A stretch of DNA of 64,000 nt from a virus (Duplodnaviria > Caudoviricetes): positions 1 through 64,000 of IMG/VR virus record IMGVR_UViG_3300027991_000080, one strand, 5' to 3'. Every line of letters starts with the position of its first letter. Position 1 is the first letter of the stretch. The translations under genes and the position numbers were made by a program. Below are positions 1 to 9,688 of this stretch, one piece after another. The notes below the pieces were generated by a model that was given only the letters and a program-made list of their open reading frames with translations, was not told the DNA's origin and did not search any database.

Positions 1-333
1 TCGCTTCGATTCGACCAGCCACCGCGCGAGCTCTGGAGAGAGTTGGACGCTAGATCGGGAGAAGCGCTCGGGAGAGTATCCCAGCAGCTCCTCAAGCGCC
101 TCGAACCCGCGCTCCGTGACAACGACGGTGAGCCTACGAGAGACACGAACGAGACCCCAGATCTCTAGCGTACGTACAAGCCTGGTCGCTCTGTCGTGGT
201 CTATGATTAGAATTCTCGCCACTCGTGAGCGTCTGGGAAATTGACCGTACACGCGCCAGTGAGCAACTGAGGCTACCAGCAGCTGCAGTTTGCTACGCTG
301 TTGTCCGTGTAACAGCTTGACCGAGATGTTCAC
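1..333 (-). CDS. partial ORF, possible winged-helix DNA-binding protein (runs off window edge)
   Basis: GTG at 333 overlaps dam stop (GTGA); open to position 1: MNISVKLLHG...RATRLVRTLEIWGLVRVSRRLTVVVTERGFEAL, a wHTH-like ending. Confidence 0.45.
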   Translation of the reverse strand, partial: MNISVKLLHGQQRSKLQLLVASVAHWRVYGQFPRRSRVARILIIDHDRATRLVRTLEIWGLVRVSRRLTVVVTERGFEALEELLGYSPERFSRSSVQLSPELARWLVESKR

Positions 334-1157
334 CTTGCACTCGGCCCACGAATGAGGAGCTCCCCGACATTTCCGCGCTTCTCACCTTTGGAGTTGATGT
401 TGCGGCGCGCCTGCACTTCTTCGATCAGAAAGTCCTTGTACAGCTCGCGAGCCTTCGGCGTGTCTGCGTTGGAGAGCAATACGTGAACACCTTTCTCGTC
501 GAGGCGAAACGCCAGATCTCGCAAGGCCTGATGATCCTCTGGATAGAACCCTGCCTTGGTGTACGCGGTGAAGTTTGCTGTAGGTGATGCTGGCATGTAC
601 GGCGGATCGAAGTAGACGACGTCGCCAGGCTTGGCCATGTAGACTCCGTCCTCGAACTCTCGAGCAAAAACCTGAGAGTCGCGCAGCGCCTCAAAGACGG
701 CGAGAATGTTTTCTTCGTCGCAGATCTTTGGGCTCTTGTAGTCGCCAAACGGAACGTTGAATCCGCCTGACTTGTTCACTCGGTAGAGGCCGTTGAAACA
801 CGTCTTGTTGAGATAGATCATTCGCGCGGCACGCTGAGTCGGGGTCAGCTTCAACGGATCCTTTCCGCGAATTTCGTAGAAGTACTCCTCCGAGTGGGAT
901 TCCCCGTGTTTCTTCAATGCGTCAACCAGTAGCCCCGGAAGCGTTTGCGCCATCCGGTAAGCATTGATGAGCTCCTCGTTCGAGTCAGACAGCGTCGCAA
1001 ACTTGAAACGTTTCTCCGCCGCCAGAGCGAAGAACACCGCCCCTCCGCCGACGAACGGCTCGAAATACCGATTGATCTTCTTCGGCAGGCGCTCGAGGAT
1101 CTGTGGAAGCAGTTGCGTTTTTCCGCCGCTCCACTTGAGAAATGGACGGGCCGTCAC
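330..1157 (-). CDS. dam: DNA adenine methylase, Dam/D12 class
   Basis: PFLKWSGGK, YFEPFVGGGAVF, YLNKTCFNGLYRVN, DPPY catalytic motif. Confidence 0.95.
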   Translation of the reverse strand: MTARPFLKWSGGKTQLLPQILERLPKKINRYFEPFVGGGAVFFALAAEKRFKFATLSDSNEELINAYRMAQTLPGLLVDALKKHGESHSEEYFYEIRGKDPLKLTPTQRAARMIYLNKTCFNGLYRVNKSGGFNVPFGDYKSPKICDEENILAVFEALRDSQVFAREFEDGVYMAKPGDVVYFDPPYMPASPTANFTAYTKAGFYPEDHQALRDLAFRLDEKGVHVLLSNADTPKARELYKDFLIEEVQARRNINSKGEKRGNVGELLIRGPSAR

Positions 1158-1960
1158 GGTACCCTCACGTCTCCTCGCTCGATGGCGTCAGCAAGATCAT
1201 TCAGATCTTGCTTAGGAATAGGCCTACCGCCGCTGCTGGAGAATTCTGCGGCGAACCGCACCGCTCTAACGATAGTCGACTGAATCTCGTTGTCGTGCGC
1301 GGCCATCTCCTGGTCACGCCGATTCATGAGCTGATGCCGATCCGCGGCAGCCGATTCGTACGAGCCTTTCGCTTCCGCCAGCTCGGCGGAGAGGCGGTCG
1401 CGTTCCTCTGCGGCGGTACGGTAGTGGACCTGCTCGTACTTAAGGCTTAGCTCCGCCGCTTCCTTCGCTGCGATTGCGGCAGCGAGTTCGGAACGCGGGA
1501 CGTACGCGACCACGCGACTCCGATACTCGGCAACGCCGGTGCGACGATACGGTTCGTCCCAGTCGCGTTCAGCCGTCGCGTGCCCCACGATAAATTGGTG
1601 GTACCCGCCGCCGATCTCTTCCTCTTCCCAGATGAAAAGACACTGCTGACGGGTCAGCGCGTGACCGGTAAGCAATGCGATTGCCGGCACTGGCGTCTGC
1701 TTCAGTCGCTCCAACTCCTCCACTGCGCCGCGCATAGTCTCGCGAGCCGCTCTGTGGACTTCATCCACTAGCTCGTTGTATGCCGCTTCCTTCGCTGTAA
1801 TTTGACCCTGCGTCTGCTCACGCAGCTTCACGATCTCGTTGTCCCACACCGCAACCAACGCATCCAGCCGTTCCGTCAGCAGCTTTCTCGGGCTCTCGTA
1901 GGCCACCGCGTGCTCGATGGCTTCACGGAGGGAGGACAGTTCTGGGCTGTCATGCATCAT
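1154..1960 (-). CDS. hypothetical coiled-coil protein
   Basis: Start re-called to ATG 1960, coupled to the upstream stop; heptad-rich segments. Confidence 0.6.
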   Translation of the reverse strand: MMHDSPELSSLREAIEHAVAYESPRKLLTERLDALVAVWDNEIVKLREQTQGQITAKEAAYNELVDEVHRAARETMRGAVEELERLKQTPVPAIALLTGHALTRQQCLFIWEEEEIGGGYHQFIVGHATAERDWDEPYRRTGVAEYRSRVVAYVPRSELAAAIAAKEAAELSLKYEQVHYRTAAEERDRLSAELAEAKGSYESAAADRHQLMNRRDQEMAAHDNEIQSTIVRAVRFAAEFSSSGGRPIPKQDLNDLADAIERGDVRVP

Positions 1961-2166
1961 TTGATCTCGAACCCACAGTTCGGACACCTTCCGTCAGCCT
2001 TACTTCGACCTCCAGGAAACGTTTCGAAGAGACATGGCGTCAAGTGGCCAGAGTACTTGACGCAGCACTTGACGCCCCCGTCCTCCCCGGCCTGCGTCTT
2101 TGGACAACGCAGGGTCGGGGAGTTAACCGGACAGTATTCAGGGATCAGTTCTTTTTCCTGCGACAA
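1957..2166 (-). CDS. small Cys-rich protein
   Basis: Seven Cys with terminal CPNC; stop overlaps next ATG (ATGA). Confidence 0.45.
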   Translation of the reverse strand: MSQEKELIPEYCPVNSPTLRCPKTQAGEDGGVKCCVKYSGHLTPCLFETFPGGRSKADGRCPNCGFEIK

Positions 2167-3565
2167 GAAACAACTCCTTCTTCGCCCGAGTGCAGGCGAC
2201 GTAATAGAGATTCTCCTCTTCCAGTCCCGGACGCTTCATGTACGTGTCGGAGAGCAGCCAGACCCGGTCGCGCTCGAGGCCCTTTGCCTTGTGCGTCGTC
2301 GACAGCGTGATCCTCGACTTCTCGTCACCGTCCGAGAACAACGACTCGATGCGGCGTGTTACCTCTCCGACCGTCTTCGCGCCATCGCTGAGAGCGAGAA
2401 TGCACTCCGCGCGGTCCTCCACCGAAGTGGTATCGCGACGCTTCTGCGCCAGGCGGGCGCATTCGTTGTTGCGCCACGTCTCGACGTAATCGCGAAGCGC
2501 TTCGACCGTCTTCGCCTTGCTCTTCCGGACGAACGCAGCAAGCGAGGCACCAACGTCGCGGCCCTGGATGTTTGCCCGGCGCCCCTCGGTGAGAAGGGCC
2601 ATGCAGATCGAGATCAGCGGGCCATTGGTGCGGCTCAGAATGAAGTCTCCCGGTTTCGCTTCGCGATACATCCTCTTGGAGGTCGCATCCGACACCACGC
2701 CATCGACAGCGTCCGGCGCCCATTCGATCTCCGGAACGACGGTCTGCGCTTCCTGAATGACCGACTTGCAGCACCGGTAGCACACGCTGAGCGGCAGAAC
2801 CTTCGCCTGCAGCCGGCTCACCACGTTGGAGACGGCGCTCGAATCCGCTCCGCGGAAGCCGTAGATGGCCTGCCGCGGGTCGCCAACGGCGCAGATCCGA
2901 CCGTTCTCCGAGACCGCGCGCATCGCAAGCTCGATCTGACAACGGTTCAAGTCCTGTGTCTCGTCGATGAACACGCGGTCGAACTTCGATTGCCGGAGCT
3001 CGAGGACCACCGGAAGCCAGATCATGTCGTCGAAGTCGATCCGCCCGTCCTCCTGAACCTCGGTGCACTGGAGAAGGATCTTGAGCGCGTTCTGAATGAA
3101 CGTCGCGCGTTCCCCGTTCTTCGCCGACTCGATTTCGAAGGCGTCGACGATTGCGTCGATATCGGCCTCGTCGCTGGCGAGCTGCCCCTTAGCGAGCGAA
3201 ACCGTTTTCGCCAGGTCGCGCCGCATGTCGAATTCCTTCGGATCGTCGCCGAGGGCGGCCTTGATCAGGTCTTCCACCCGGTTTGCGTCGATGCGCAGGC
3301 GTCCGAGGCACTTGGTGATCGTGCGCAGGCCGTACGAGTGCAGCGTTGACACCTCTACGCCCCGCGGAGCGCGCTTCTTGAGCTCCTCAGCGATGCTCTT
3401 ATTGAACGCCACGAAGAGCGTCCGACAGCCTGTCGGAACGTACTCCATAGCCTTGACGATCGTGGTGGTCTTGCCCGAGCCGGCGACCGCGGTGATTACC
3501 GTGTGCCCGGAACCGTTCGCAACGTCGTCGAAAACCGCCTGCTGATACTTGCTCCAATTGGTCAT
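2138..3565 (-). CDS. UvrD/Rep-like SF1 helicase
   Basis: AVAGSGKT Walker A, FIDETQD, VGDPRQAIYGFRGA, STTHKAKGLE, YVACTRAK; GGAG RBS before ATG 3565. Confidence 0.92.
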   Translation of the reverse strand: MTNWSKYQQAVFDDVANGSGHTVITAVAGSGKTTTIVKAMEYVPTGCRTLFVAFNKSIAEELKKRAPRGVEVSTLHSYGLRTITKCLGRLRIDANRVEDLIKAALGDDPKEFDMRRDLAKTVSLAKGQLASDEADIDAIVDAFEIESAKNGERATFIQNALKILLQCTEVQEDGRIDFDDMIWLPVVLELRQSKFDRVFIDETQDLNRCQIELAMRAVSENGRICAVGDPRQAIYGFRGADSSAVSNVVSRLQAKVLPLSVCYRCCKSVIQEAQTVVPEIEWAPDAVDGVVSDATSKRMYREAKPGDFILSRTNGPLISICMALLTEGRRANIQGRDVGASLAAFVRKSKAKTVEALRDYVETWRNNECARLAQKRRDTTSVEDRAECILALSDGAKTVGEVTRRIESLFSDGDEKSRITLSTTHKAKGLERDRVWLLSDTYMKRPGLEEENLYYVACTRAKKELFLVAGKRTDP

Positions 3566-3695
3566 GTTCGGGATCTCCAATTCCCGTTCTTGTCTACGTT
3601 GTCTACAGACGGATCTACCCCGCCGGGCCCGTGCTTCGCAAAAAAGATTCTACGGCCACCAAAACGGGCCCGACAGAGGAAGAATTCTGCCGTCC

Positions 3696-4166
3696 CTAGA
3701 AGGGCGGCGCGCTCCCTCCCCCGGAGGCCGGCGCAGAGCCGCCTCCGCCCCCTCCCAGAGCCGCCAGGCGCGCCTTGAACGTGTTCACATCGAGCGGCTT
3801 GGAAAGCGTCACGGTGCCCGCGCTGGTCACGATCTCGAGCTTCGCTGAGCCCATCTTGATGACGCCGGCGCTGTCCTTGTACTGCTCCGGAGCCTTCACC
3901 TGGCAGGGCACCCAGTTCTGGTAGATATTCCCCAGGTTGTCGATATCCTGGGGACCCTGACCCTTCCAGCCGAGCAACCGAAGACGCTCGTAGGCGTACA
4001 CGATCGATTTGTCTGTGAAATAGAGAAATGTGGTCATCTCTCCGACAATCTTTCCGTCTCGGCGAAGCTCCATATCGATGGCGATCTGGAGAGAACCTGA
4101 CTCGCTCTCCCCGAACTGAACCTTTCCCTGAATCGCTCGTCCTTCGCAGTCTCCCGGTGCAATCAT
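3696..4166 (-). CDS. putative single-stranded DNA-binding protein
   Basis: Beta-rich core, Gly-rich tail ending APPF, translationally coupled to the Sak4-like ATPase. Confidence 0.6.
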   Translation of the reverse strand: MIAPGDCEGRAIQGKVQFGESESGSLQIAIDMELRRDGKIVGEMTTFLYFTDKSIVYAYERLRLLGWKGQGPQDIDNLGNIYQNWVPCQVKAPEQYKDSAGVIKMGSAKLEIVTSAGTVTLSKPLDVNTFKARLAALGGGGGGSAPASGGGSAPPF

Positions 4167-5071
4167 GTTCCTGTTTTCTCCTTCGATGCCGCGCGTGATT
4201 CTTCCAGTCGAGCCGCTACGCGGTTTCGCGCCTCGACGATCATTGCAGAATTAGCTCGCAGGTATTCGTTGACCATGGTGGTCAGACCCTTGTCGTTGAT
4301 CTCCGCAAGCATCTCATCGATCTCCTTTCGGAGAGCAACGGCTCGCGCGTCGTCTTCTGCTCGCGCCTTGGCGAACTCATCCCACGACAAGAGCACACGA
4401 GACGGAAACATCGTAGTACCGCGCGCCTTCGCGTCGAAGGCTGGGCAGCGTTGTGTGTAGGCCCAGCGAACGCCAGAGGTCACCGCCTTCAGGTCGCCAC
4501 CGACTTTCTGTTGACTGACCTCCTCTCGAGCGAACAGCACATAGTCGCTCCACTGACGAAGGAGACCAGCGATCTTGTCGCGCATCGAAATCTCGAACCG
4601 GTCGTACGCCGGCCCCGTCGGATCGTCGAAGTGTTTCACCTTCATGTGTCCGACGAAGATGATTGGCTTCCCGGTCTTCCAGACTCGCTCCAGGGCCGCA
4701 AGAAGCTCACGCCACCGGGAGAGCGCAACCGTTTCACCCTTTCCGTATCCGCCGTCCCACTTGTCGATCGTAGATCCCGGGAAGAACTCCAAGTTGCCCA
4801 GGTGTTCCAGATCTCCCAGCGCATCAATGATCAGCGAGCCGCACTTCTGCGCGCCGGTCTCAACAGCGGTTATCCACTCGAGTGCCTCTGGCCACGTTTC
4901 AGGCACAACGCGCTTCACGTCGTACTGGTACGAGCCCTTGTTGACGTCGATAAAAAACGGATCCGGAGCACCAGCGGCGAAACGGGTCTTGCCTACACCA
5001 TCCCCACCGTAGACGAGCACACGCGGCTCGAGTTTCTGTTTGCCGGAGCTGACTCTCTTCAAATCAATCAT
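4163..5071 (-). CDS. AAA_24 / Sak4-like recombination ATPase
   Basis: VLVYGGDGVGKT Walker A, LIIDALGDLE, FVGH, QWSDYVLFA, AFDAKAR. Confidence 0.85.
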   Translation of the reverse strand: MIDLKRVSSGKQKLEPRVLVYGGDGVGKTRFAAGAPDPFFIDVNKGSYQYDVKRVVPETWPEALEWITAVETGAQKCGSLIIDALGDLEHLGNLEFFPGSTIDKWDGGYGKGETVALSRWRELLAALERVWKTGKPIIFVGHMKVKHFDDPTGPAYDRFEISMRDKIAGLLRQWSDYVLFAREEVSQQKVGGDLKAVTSGVRWAYTQRCPAFDAKARGTTMFPSRVLLSWDEFAKARAEDDARAVALRKEIDEMLAEINDKGLTTMVNEYLRANSAMIVEARNRVAARLEESRAASKEKTGT

Positions 5072-5333
5072 TTTTTCTCAGACTCCTTCTGTTCTTCCGA
5101 TCGAAGTTAGTGCCCCGACTGTCCCGCGCGCTCGAGGCTACACAGCGGTTTCTGGTTGTTTTTCGCCTTCCGGGTCCCATGCGCGCATCGTTCCTATCTC
5201 AGAATCTTCCAGACCAAACGGTCTGACGTGACCTGAGCCTTTTCACGCTGCGGGTGTGTGTTGTACGGATTTCACCTTTCCGCTGCGGGACTCCACGGAG
5301 GGGGGATAGACATGGAGCTGATCCGCGAGTCTT

Positions 5334-6188
5334 TTATTCTCCCCGCACCGACCTCCACTTCCCTGAGCGGATGCACTTGGTCATCTCACCCACGTCTTCG
5401 TAGTTCGCGTCGATCCACGCAGCGATGTCGGTCGCCACGGCGTCTTCCCCCTTCTTGCTGACAGTGCTCTTGCCGGTGACGATCTCTCGCGCCTTGGTGC
5501 CGTTCTTGCGACGCTTCTGCCCGGGAGCTCGCGGAGCCTTCTCGATGAGCTCCTCTACCTTCTCCTTCGCGTCTGCCGGCTCCAGCTTGGCGAGCTTGTA
5601 CCCTTCGCTCGTCGAGATCTTGCCAGCCTCGACAGCGCTCCGCACGATCGCCGGTGCATCAAGGAGCCCCAGCATGTTCTTGACCGACGCCTGGCTGATA
5701 CCGAACAACACCGCCACCTCAGCTTCGTCGCGCCCGAGCTCGATATAGCGCTGCATCTTCTTGGCGCGCCCGATCGGCGTGTCGTCCTGGCGGTTTTCGT
5801 TCTCGCTGATGAGAACGCCCATCGCGCGGTAGCCGTTGCCGGCGGACACGCGCTGAATCATCGCGGGCACTCGAATCGGTTCGAGACCCTGCTTCTTCAG
5901 GCGCTTGTTCGCCTCGCGAGCTGCCTTCACGCGCTGTCGTCCGACGACCACCTCAACCTTCCCAGTCTCGGTGTTGCGCGCAACGGTGATGGGCTCGATC
6001 ACTCCCTGAGGAACGCCATCCGGCGCGTGCATCATGTTCAGAACCAGGGACTCACTCACCGGCAGGTGAACCCGTTCGTCGTAGAGCGGCGACTTCTCGT
6101 CCTCGACGAGGATCACGTCCTCCGGATCGAACATGTAAGCGTCGCGTTTTCCCTTGGCGTTGAGCGAGTCTCGAGAGGTTTTCGGCAT
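5334..6188 (-). CDS. ParB-like N-terminal domain protein with HTH
   Basis: PLYDERVHLP, GVIEPITV, VVVGRQRVKAA, SENENRQDDTPIGRAKK, HTH-like EVAVLFGISQASV; start re-called to ATG 6188. Confidence 0.85.
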   Translation of the reverse strand: MPKTSRDSLNAKGKRDAYMFDPEDVILVEDEKSPLYDERVHLPVSESLVLNMMHAPDGVPQGVIEPITVARNTETGKVEVVVGRQRVKAAREANKRLKKQGLEPIRVPAMIQRVSAGNGYRAMGVLISENENRQDDTPIGRAKKMQRYIELGRDEAEVAVLFGISQASVKNMLGLLDAPAIVRSAVEAGKISTSEGYKLAKLEPADAKEKVEELIEKAPRAPGQKRRKNGTKAREIVTGKSTVSKKGEDAVATDIAAWIDANYEDVGEMTKCIRSGKWRSVRGE

Positions 6189-6225
6189 GGCTGGAATCCT
6201 TGTGTAGCGCGTGTTGCGCTTGTTG

Positions 6226-6492
6226 TCAAAGTCTACGTTTGCGGCTTGCGGATCTTCCCCGTTTCCGAGCAAGACGCTTTTTCGCGTCCTCACGTATCTG
6301 TCGATGGGCCTCCCTGAGTCTTCCTTCAGCCATTTCAACGGCTTCCCCCATTGCCTTCGCAGCACTTATAGCAACGGCGCTACCGAAGACTTTTCCAAGC
6401 ATGGTGATGATTACCTTGTATCCGTTCGGGCTGTCGTAGATAGCCGCCTGGAACGAACGGTGCTCTTTAAGGAATCCCCAGGTTTTTTTCAT
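6226..6492 (-). CDS. hypothetical protein
   Basis: ATG with upstream GGAG; co-oriented in operon. Confidence 0.5.
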   Translation of the reverse strand: MKKTWGFLKEHRSFQAAIYDSPNGYKVIITMLGKVFGSAVAISAAKAMGEAVEMAEGRLREAHRQIREDAKKRLARKRGRSASRKRRL

Positions 6493-6508
6493 GGTTTTAT
6501 GGCTCTCC

Positions 6509-7570
6509 TCAGACCGGCGACGTCAAATCCCGCACCGCTTCCGCCTCGACGATGGCGTCGACCTTCCCGCCTAGCGAAAACGTTTTCGAGGCAGCACCGG
6601 TGGCAGGGTTGATGAGCGGGATCTGAAACAGTTTCTCGATAGCGACCACTCCTGTCGTGGGCCCCCAGTACGCCGCGTAGCCCATGATCATCGCCCGCTC
6701 CTTGGCGCGCACGTACGGATCTTCCGTCTCGAGCGCATCGATCGCGGCATCGACGTAGCGATCACCGCCTCTCCGGAAGACGTCGAGAGCTGCGTGCACG
6801 CTATGACCAGTGGAGAGCGTATCTGCTCGCTTGATGGGTCGCATGCGCAGAATGTAGCGAAGCTGCGCAAGACGCGGACACTTGCGATAGGCGCGCATGA
6901 AGCTCTGAGTAAGCAAGTTCAGATCGCTCGACACCAGTGCGCCGTCTGACGCGAGCTCTTCATGCACGTCTTCGTCGAACTTGAACAGCAACGGATCCTT
7001 GATGTCGGTGATTCCCGAGCACACGTTCAAGTAGTCGCATTCGCGCCCCCATTGGATGCACGAGTCCGGATTGCGCGGATAGATGTTCAGACGACGCGCT
7101 TCTCGCATGTGCTGAGCGGTGTTCCAGATGTCCGCTGCAGCTTCGCGTTCGTCGGCCTCGAGACGAACGACGACTCCGCGAGCGTAATACTTCTGCGGGT
7201 TCTCTGCGATCGCCTCGAGACAGCGAGCACCATACTCCTCTGGTGTCTCCGGACGAGACTTGAGCACGTATCCGAGCTCCGTGTCGCCGGTCTGGCGCCA
7301 CTTCTTACCGTCCTTCGTGCGAACACGCTGGCCCGCGGCATCGACGACGATCTTGATTCCGTCGGAGTCGAGCTCGGGGATTGCGGACGGTTTCTGATCC
7401 GGCTTGCGCAGCACATCGTACACGCATCCGCGCACGTCGTGACCCATCGCGCGCACGGCGGGCAGGTAGAGAGAGAGCTGCGGATCGAGCGTGGTGCGTT
7501 TCCAGAAGGTTGAGCCGAAGGAGATATCTTCGCTCGACGTTTTCGTCTCCCAAAGAAAAACCTGAGTCAT
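6509..7570 (-). CDS. PD-(D/E)xK Cas4/AddB-like exonuclease, circularly permuted
   Basis: WETKT, PQLSLY and CIQWGRECDYLNVC are N-terminal; RKCPR, GHSVH, IEKLF and GGKVD are C-terminal. Confidence 0.85.
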   Translation of the reverse strand: MTQVFLWETKTSSEDISFGSTFWKRTTLDPQLSLYLPAVRAMGHDVRGCVYDVLRKPDQKPSAIPELDSDGIKIVVDAAGQRVRTKDGKKWRQTGDTELGYVLKSRPETPEEYGARCLEAIAENPQKYYARGVVVRLEADEREAAADIWNTAQHMREARRLNIYPRNPDSCIQWGRECDYLNVCSGITDIKDPLLFKFDEDVHEELASDGALVSSDLNLLTQSFMRAYRKCPRLAQLRYILRMRPIKRADTLSTGHSVHAALDVFRRGGDRYVDAAIDALETEDPYVRAKERAMIMGYAAYWGPTTGVVAIEKLFQIPLINPATGAASKTFSLGGKVDAIVEAEAVRDLTSPV

Positions 7571-7719
7571 TTGTCGGTCAATCCATCGATCTGTTCTTGC
7601 ATTTTTTCCACCTTCTTCTCCAGATCGCGAATCCGATCGAGCATCGACTCACCATCTTCAGGACATTCGTGATCTTGCTGGTACCGAGCGTTGCACTTTG
7701 GACAGATGAGCATTCCCAT
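7567..7719 (-). CDS. small Zn-finger/coiled-coil protein (50 aa, not in ORF track)
   Basis: MGMLICPKCNARYQQDHECPEDG...LEKKVEKMQEQIDGLTDK; stop overlaps nuclease ATG. Confidence 0.55.
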   Translation of the reverse strand: MGMLICPKCNARYQQDHECPEDGESMLDRIRDLEKKVEKMQEQIDGLTDK

Positions 7720-7726
7720 GATTCAC

Positions 7727-8020
7727 CTATATTCGCCTGCGATTCTTCAGTTCCGCTCGCAGCTCTTCGATTTTGTCTTCCGGAAAACCGATCCTCTCTG
7801 CGTACGCGAGTGCGTTGCACAGGTGATCGTCGGTCATCTCGGAGATTTTGATCTCGAATCCGGTTCCTGTTTTCCAGTAGCCGGCTCTCTTTGGATTCAA
7901 TCGGTCGTACTCCAAGAGAGACTCGCTTCTCGCCTCCTCCTCCTCCTCGAGCGGATGCAATGCGCTGCAGTCGTAGATGGCGTCTTCGTTGTCCCAGCCA
8001 CAGTCACTTACTTTTGTCAT
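7727..8020 (-). CDS. hypothetical protein
   Basis: ATG 8020 after GAGGGG; co-oriented. Confidence 0.5.
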   Translation of the reverse strand: MTKVSDCGWDNEDAIYDCSALHPLEEEEEARSESLLEYDRLNPKRAGYWKTGTGFEIKISEMTDDHLCNALAYAERIGFPEDKIEELRAELKNRRRI

Positions 8021-8127
8021 CTTTCCCCTCAAACAGTTCCGGAAAAACGTGATCAGTAAGCGTCGACTCGTACACGCCCGGTCCTGGGATGTCGGCAATC
8101 TGTTTCGCGAACGCGAACGCCTCACGG

Positions 8128-8595
8128 TCAGGACAGGCACCGCCGCACATCTGACAGTTTTTCTCTTCGTCTCGGTTTGCTAGCGCGCAGTTGTTGATGC
8201 GGCCGTCCGGGTTTCGAGCGATCTTTCCGGCGGCGGCCATTTGTCTGAAGATTGCTTGACACGTGGCAATCTGATCCTGTTGCTCCTGAATACAGGCTTT
8301 CTTGATCGTCGTGCTCCGCTTCGACCGCTTCCTTGAACTCACGAAACCTGCGGATCAGCTCAGGCGCGTACAACCCTTCAACGGCTTCGTTGTACGTGGT
8401 GAACGGTCTCCGTCTCGTGGTGAAACAGTTGTCGAGCGCATGCTGCATCGCAGCCAGAAAAGCGTCGTCGTTCATCGCTGGCACGAGCGCTTGCCACTCC
8501 CAAGAGTTACATCGAAGACTCGCCGTCTCTTCAGGAGTCACGTTTCCGCGCTGAATCAGCGCGCGGATTTCTGGGCGGATCATCTCTTCGCTCAT
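8128..8595 (-). CDS. hypothetical protein (3' frame uncertain)
   Basis: N-half looks coding; overlaps alternative ORF 8004-8342. Confidence 0.45.
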   Translation of the reverse strand: MSEEMIRPEIRALIQRGNVTPEETASLRCNSWEWQALVPAMNDDAFLAAMQHALDNCFTTRRRPFTTYNEAVEGLYAPELIRRFREFKEAVEAEHDDQESLYSGATGSDCHVSSNLQTNGRRRKDRSKPGRPHQQLRASKPRRREKLSDVRRCLS

Positions 8596-8598
8596 TAC

Positions 8599-8802
8599 TC
8601 AGTTGCTCCTCTCACTCCGACCGATCTCGCTCTCCCCTTCCAAGAGAACGCGCACCGCCATTGCTTCCTTCCCCGACAACACCGGCAGTATCGATCGAAG
8701 CACCTCGATGATGGCCGTGTATGCGGCGTCCGCTATCTCGAGCTCGTGACGAGCAAGCGCCAACTCGCGGCGCGTTTGAGCCAATTCCTCCTCGGTGGTC
8801 AT
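8599..8802 (-). CDS. small coiled-coil protein
   Basis: Coupled to upstream stop; heptad pattern. Confidence 0.55.
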   Translation of the reverse strand: MTTEEELAQTRRELALARHELEIADAAYTAIIEVLRSILPVLSGKEAMAVRVLLEGESEIGRSERSN

Positions 8803-9014
8803 CGCTTTTGTTCTGCCAGCTCCTCGAGCAGCCTCGAGGCCTCAATGAACCCTTCCGCAATTAGTCTTGCGCGAGCTCTACCGAGCTCGTCTCGAATGGC
8901 CGGCGGATTGTTCACTGAGCCAAGCGCCGGCTCTCCCGCGCGCGCCTGAAAGTAACGGGATCGATCTATAGCGTCGAGCGCAAGTCTCTCCAGAGCGTCC
9001 GACAGAAAGCTCAC
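8799..9014 (-). CDS. hypothetical protein
   Basis: GTG 9014 overlaps exonuclease stop. Confidence 0.5.
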   Translation of the reverse strand: MSFLSDALERLALDAIDRSRYFQARAGEPALGSVNNPPAIRDELGRARARLIAEGFIEASRLLEELAEQKR

Positions 9015-9688
9015 GCGACGACCTTGTTGACCTTGAACGGAAGTCCTTTCGCGTCTTCCTCCGGCATCCGCCGCCACCAGATCTTTTTGCTCGGGTCCCA
9101 CCTAAATCCTGCCTGTTTCACCATCTCTCTGTCGTCATACGACGCGAGCGAGTGAAACATCGCCTTCGGTCGCATCGCGTGGCGGATGATCGCCTGCAGG
9201 TCATGTCCGCGCTCCGCGAGTCGAGTGAAGATGCGCGAGAGCGTGTCGACGTCGGCCATCGCGCGATGCGCGCTAGCGACGCCGAGTCCCAGCGACAGAG
9301 CCAGGTGCACAAGGGAGCCGCCTCGCTCACGCCCCGGCCATTTGAAATCGTTTTCCGAACAAGCCCATGGCTTGTCGAAGTTTGGACAGAACTGCCAATC
9401 GAACTCGGCGTTGTGAGCAATGATCACAGTGGCCGGCTCGATAATCCAGCGCACCGCGCGCCACACCGGATCCGCCTCTCGCGCAGACGGAAGCATCCCC
9501 GCCGGGATCCCGTTCACAGCGAACGCTGCGTTGGACTCCCCGCGGATCAGGCTCGCGAACGATATAACCGGTTGCGCGTGAGCGACATCGAACAGCGCGA
9601 CCGCTACCTCGATGGTCCTGTCGACCTTCGGATCCATTCCAGTGGTCTCAGTGTCGAGTAGAGCGACGTACTTGATCTCGTCAGACAT
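9011..9688 (-). CDS. DEDDh 3'-5' exonuclease (DnaQ-like)
   Basis: LLDTETTG, IAHNAEFD, AHRAMADV motifs. Confidence 0.9.
   Translation of the reverse strand: MSDEIKYVALLDTETTGMDPKVDRTIEVAVALFDVAHAQPVISFASLIRGESNAAFAVNGIPAGMLPSAREADPVWRAVRWIIEPATVIIAHNAEFDWQFCPNFDKPWACSENDFKWPGRERGGSLVHLALSLGLGVASAHRAMADVDTLSRIFTRLAERGHDLQAIIRHAMRPKAMFHSLASYDDREMVKQAGFRWDPSKKIWWRRMPEEDAKGLPFKVNKVVA

Noticed and set aside
1802-3349. 515-aa plus-strand ORF
   Set aside because: Antisense to the UvrD-like helicase, which carries all motifs.
6509-7570. CRISPR-associated Cas4
   Set aside because: No cas1 or array; context is a phage recombination operon.
8004-8595. Programmed frameshift joining ORFs 8128-8595 and 8004-8342
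   Set aside because: Both frames are plausible, but I see no slippery site or stimulatory structure; unresolved without homologs.
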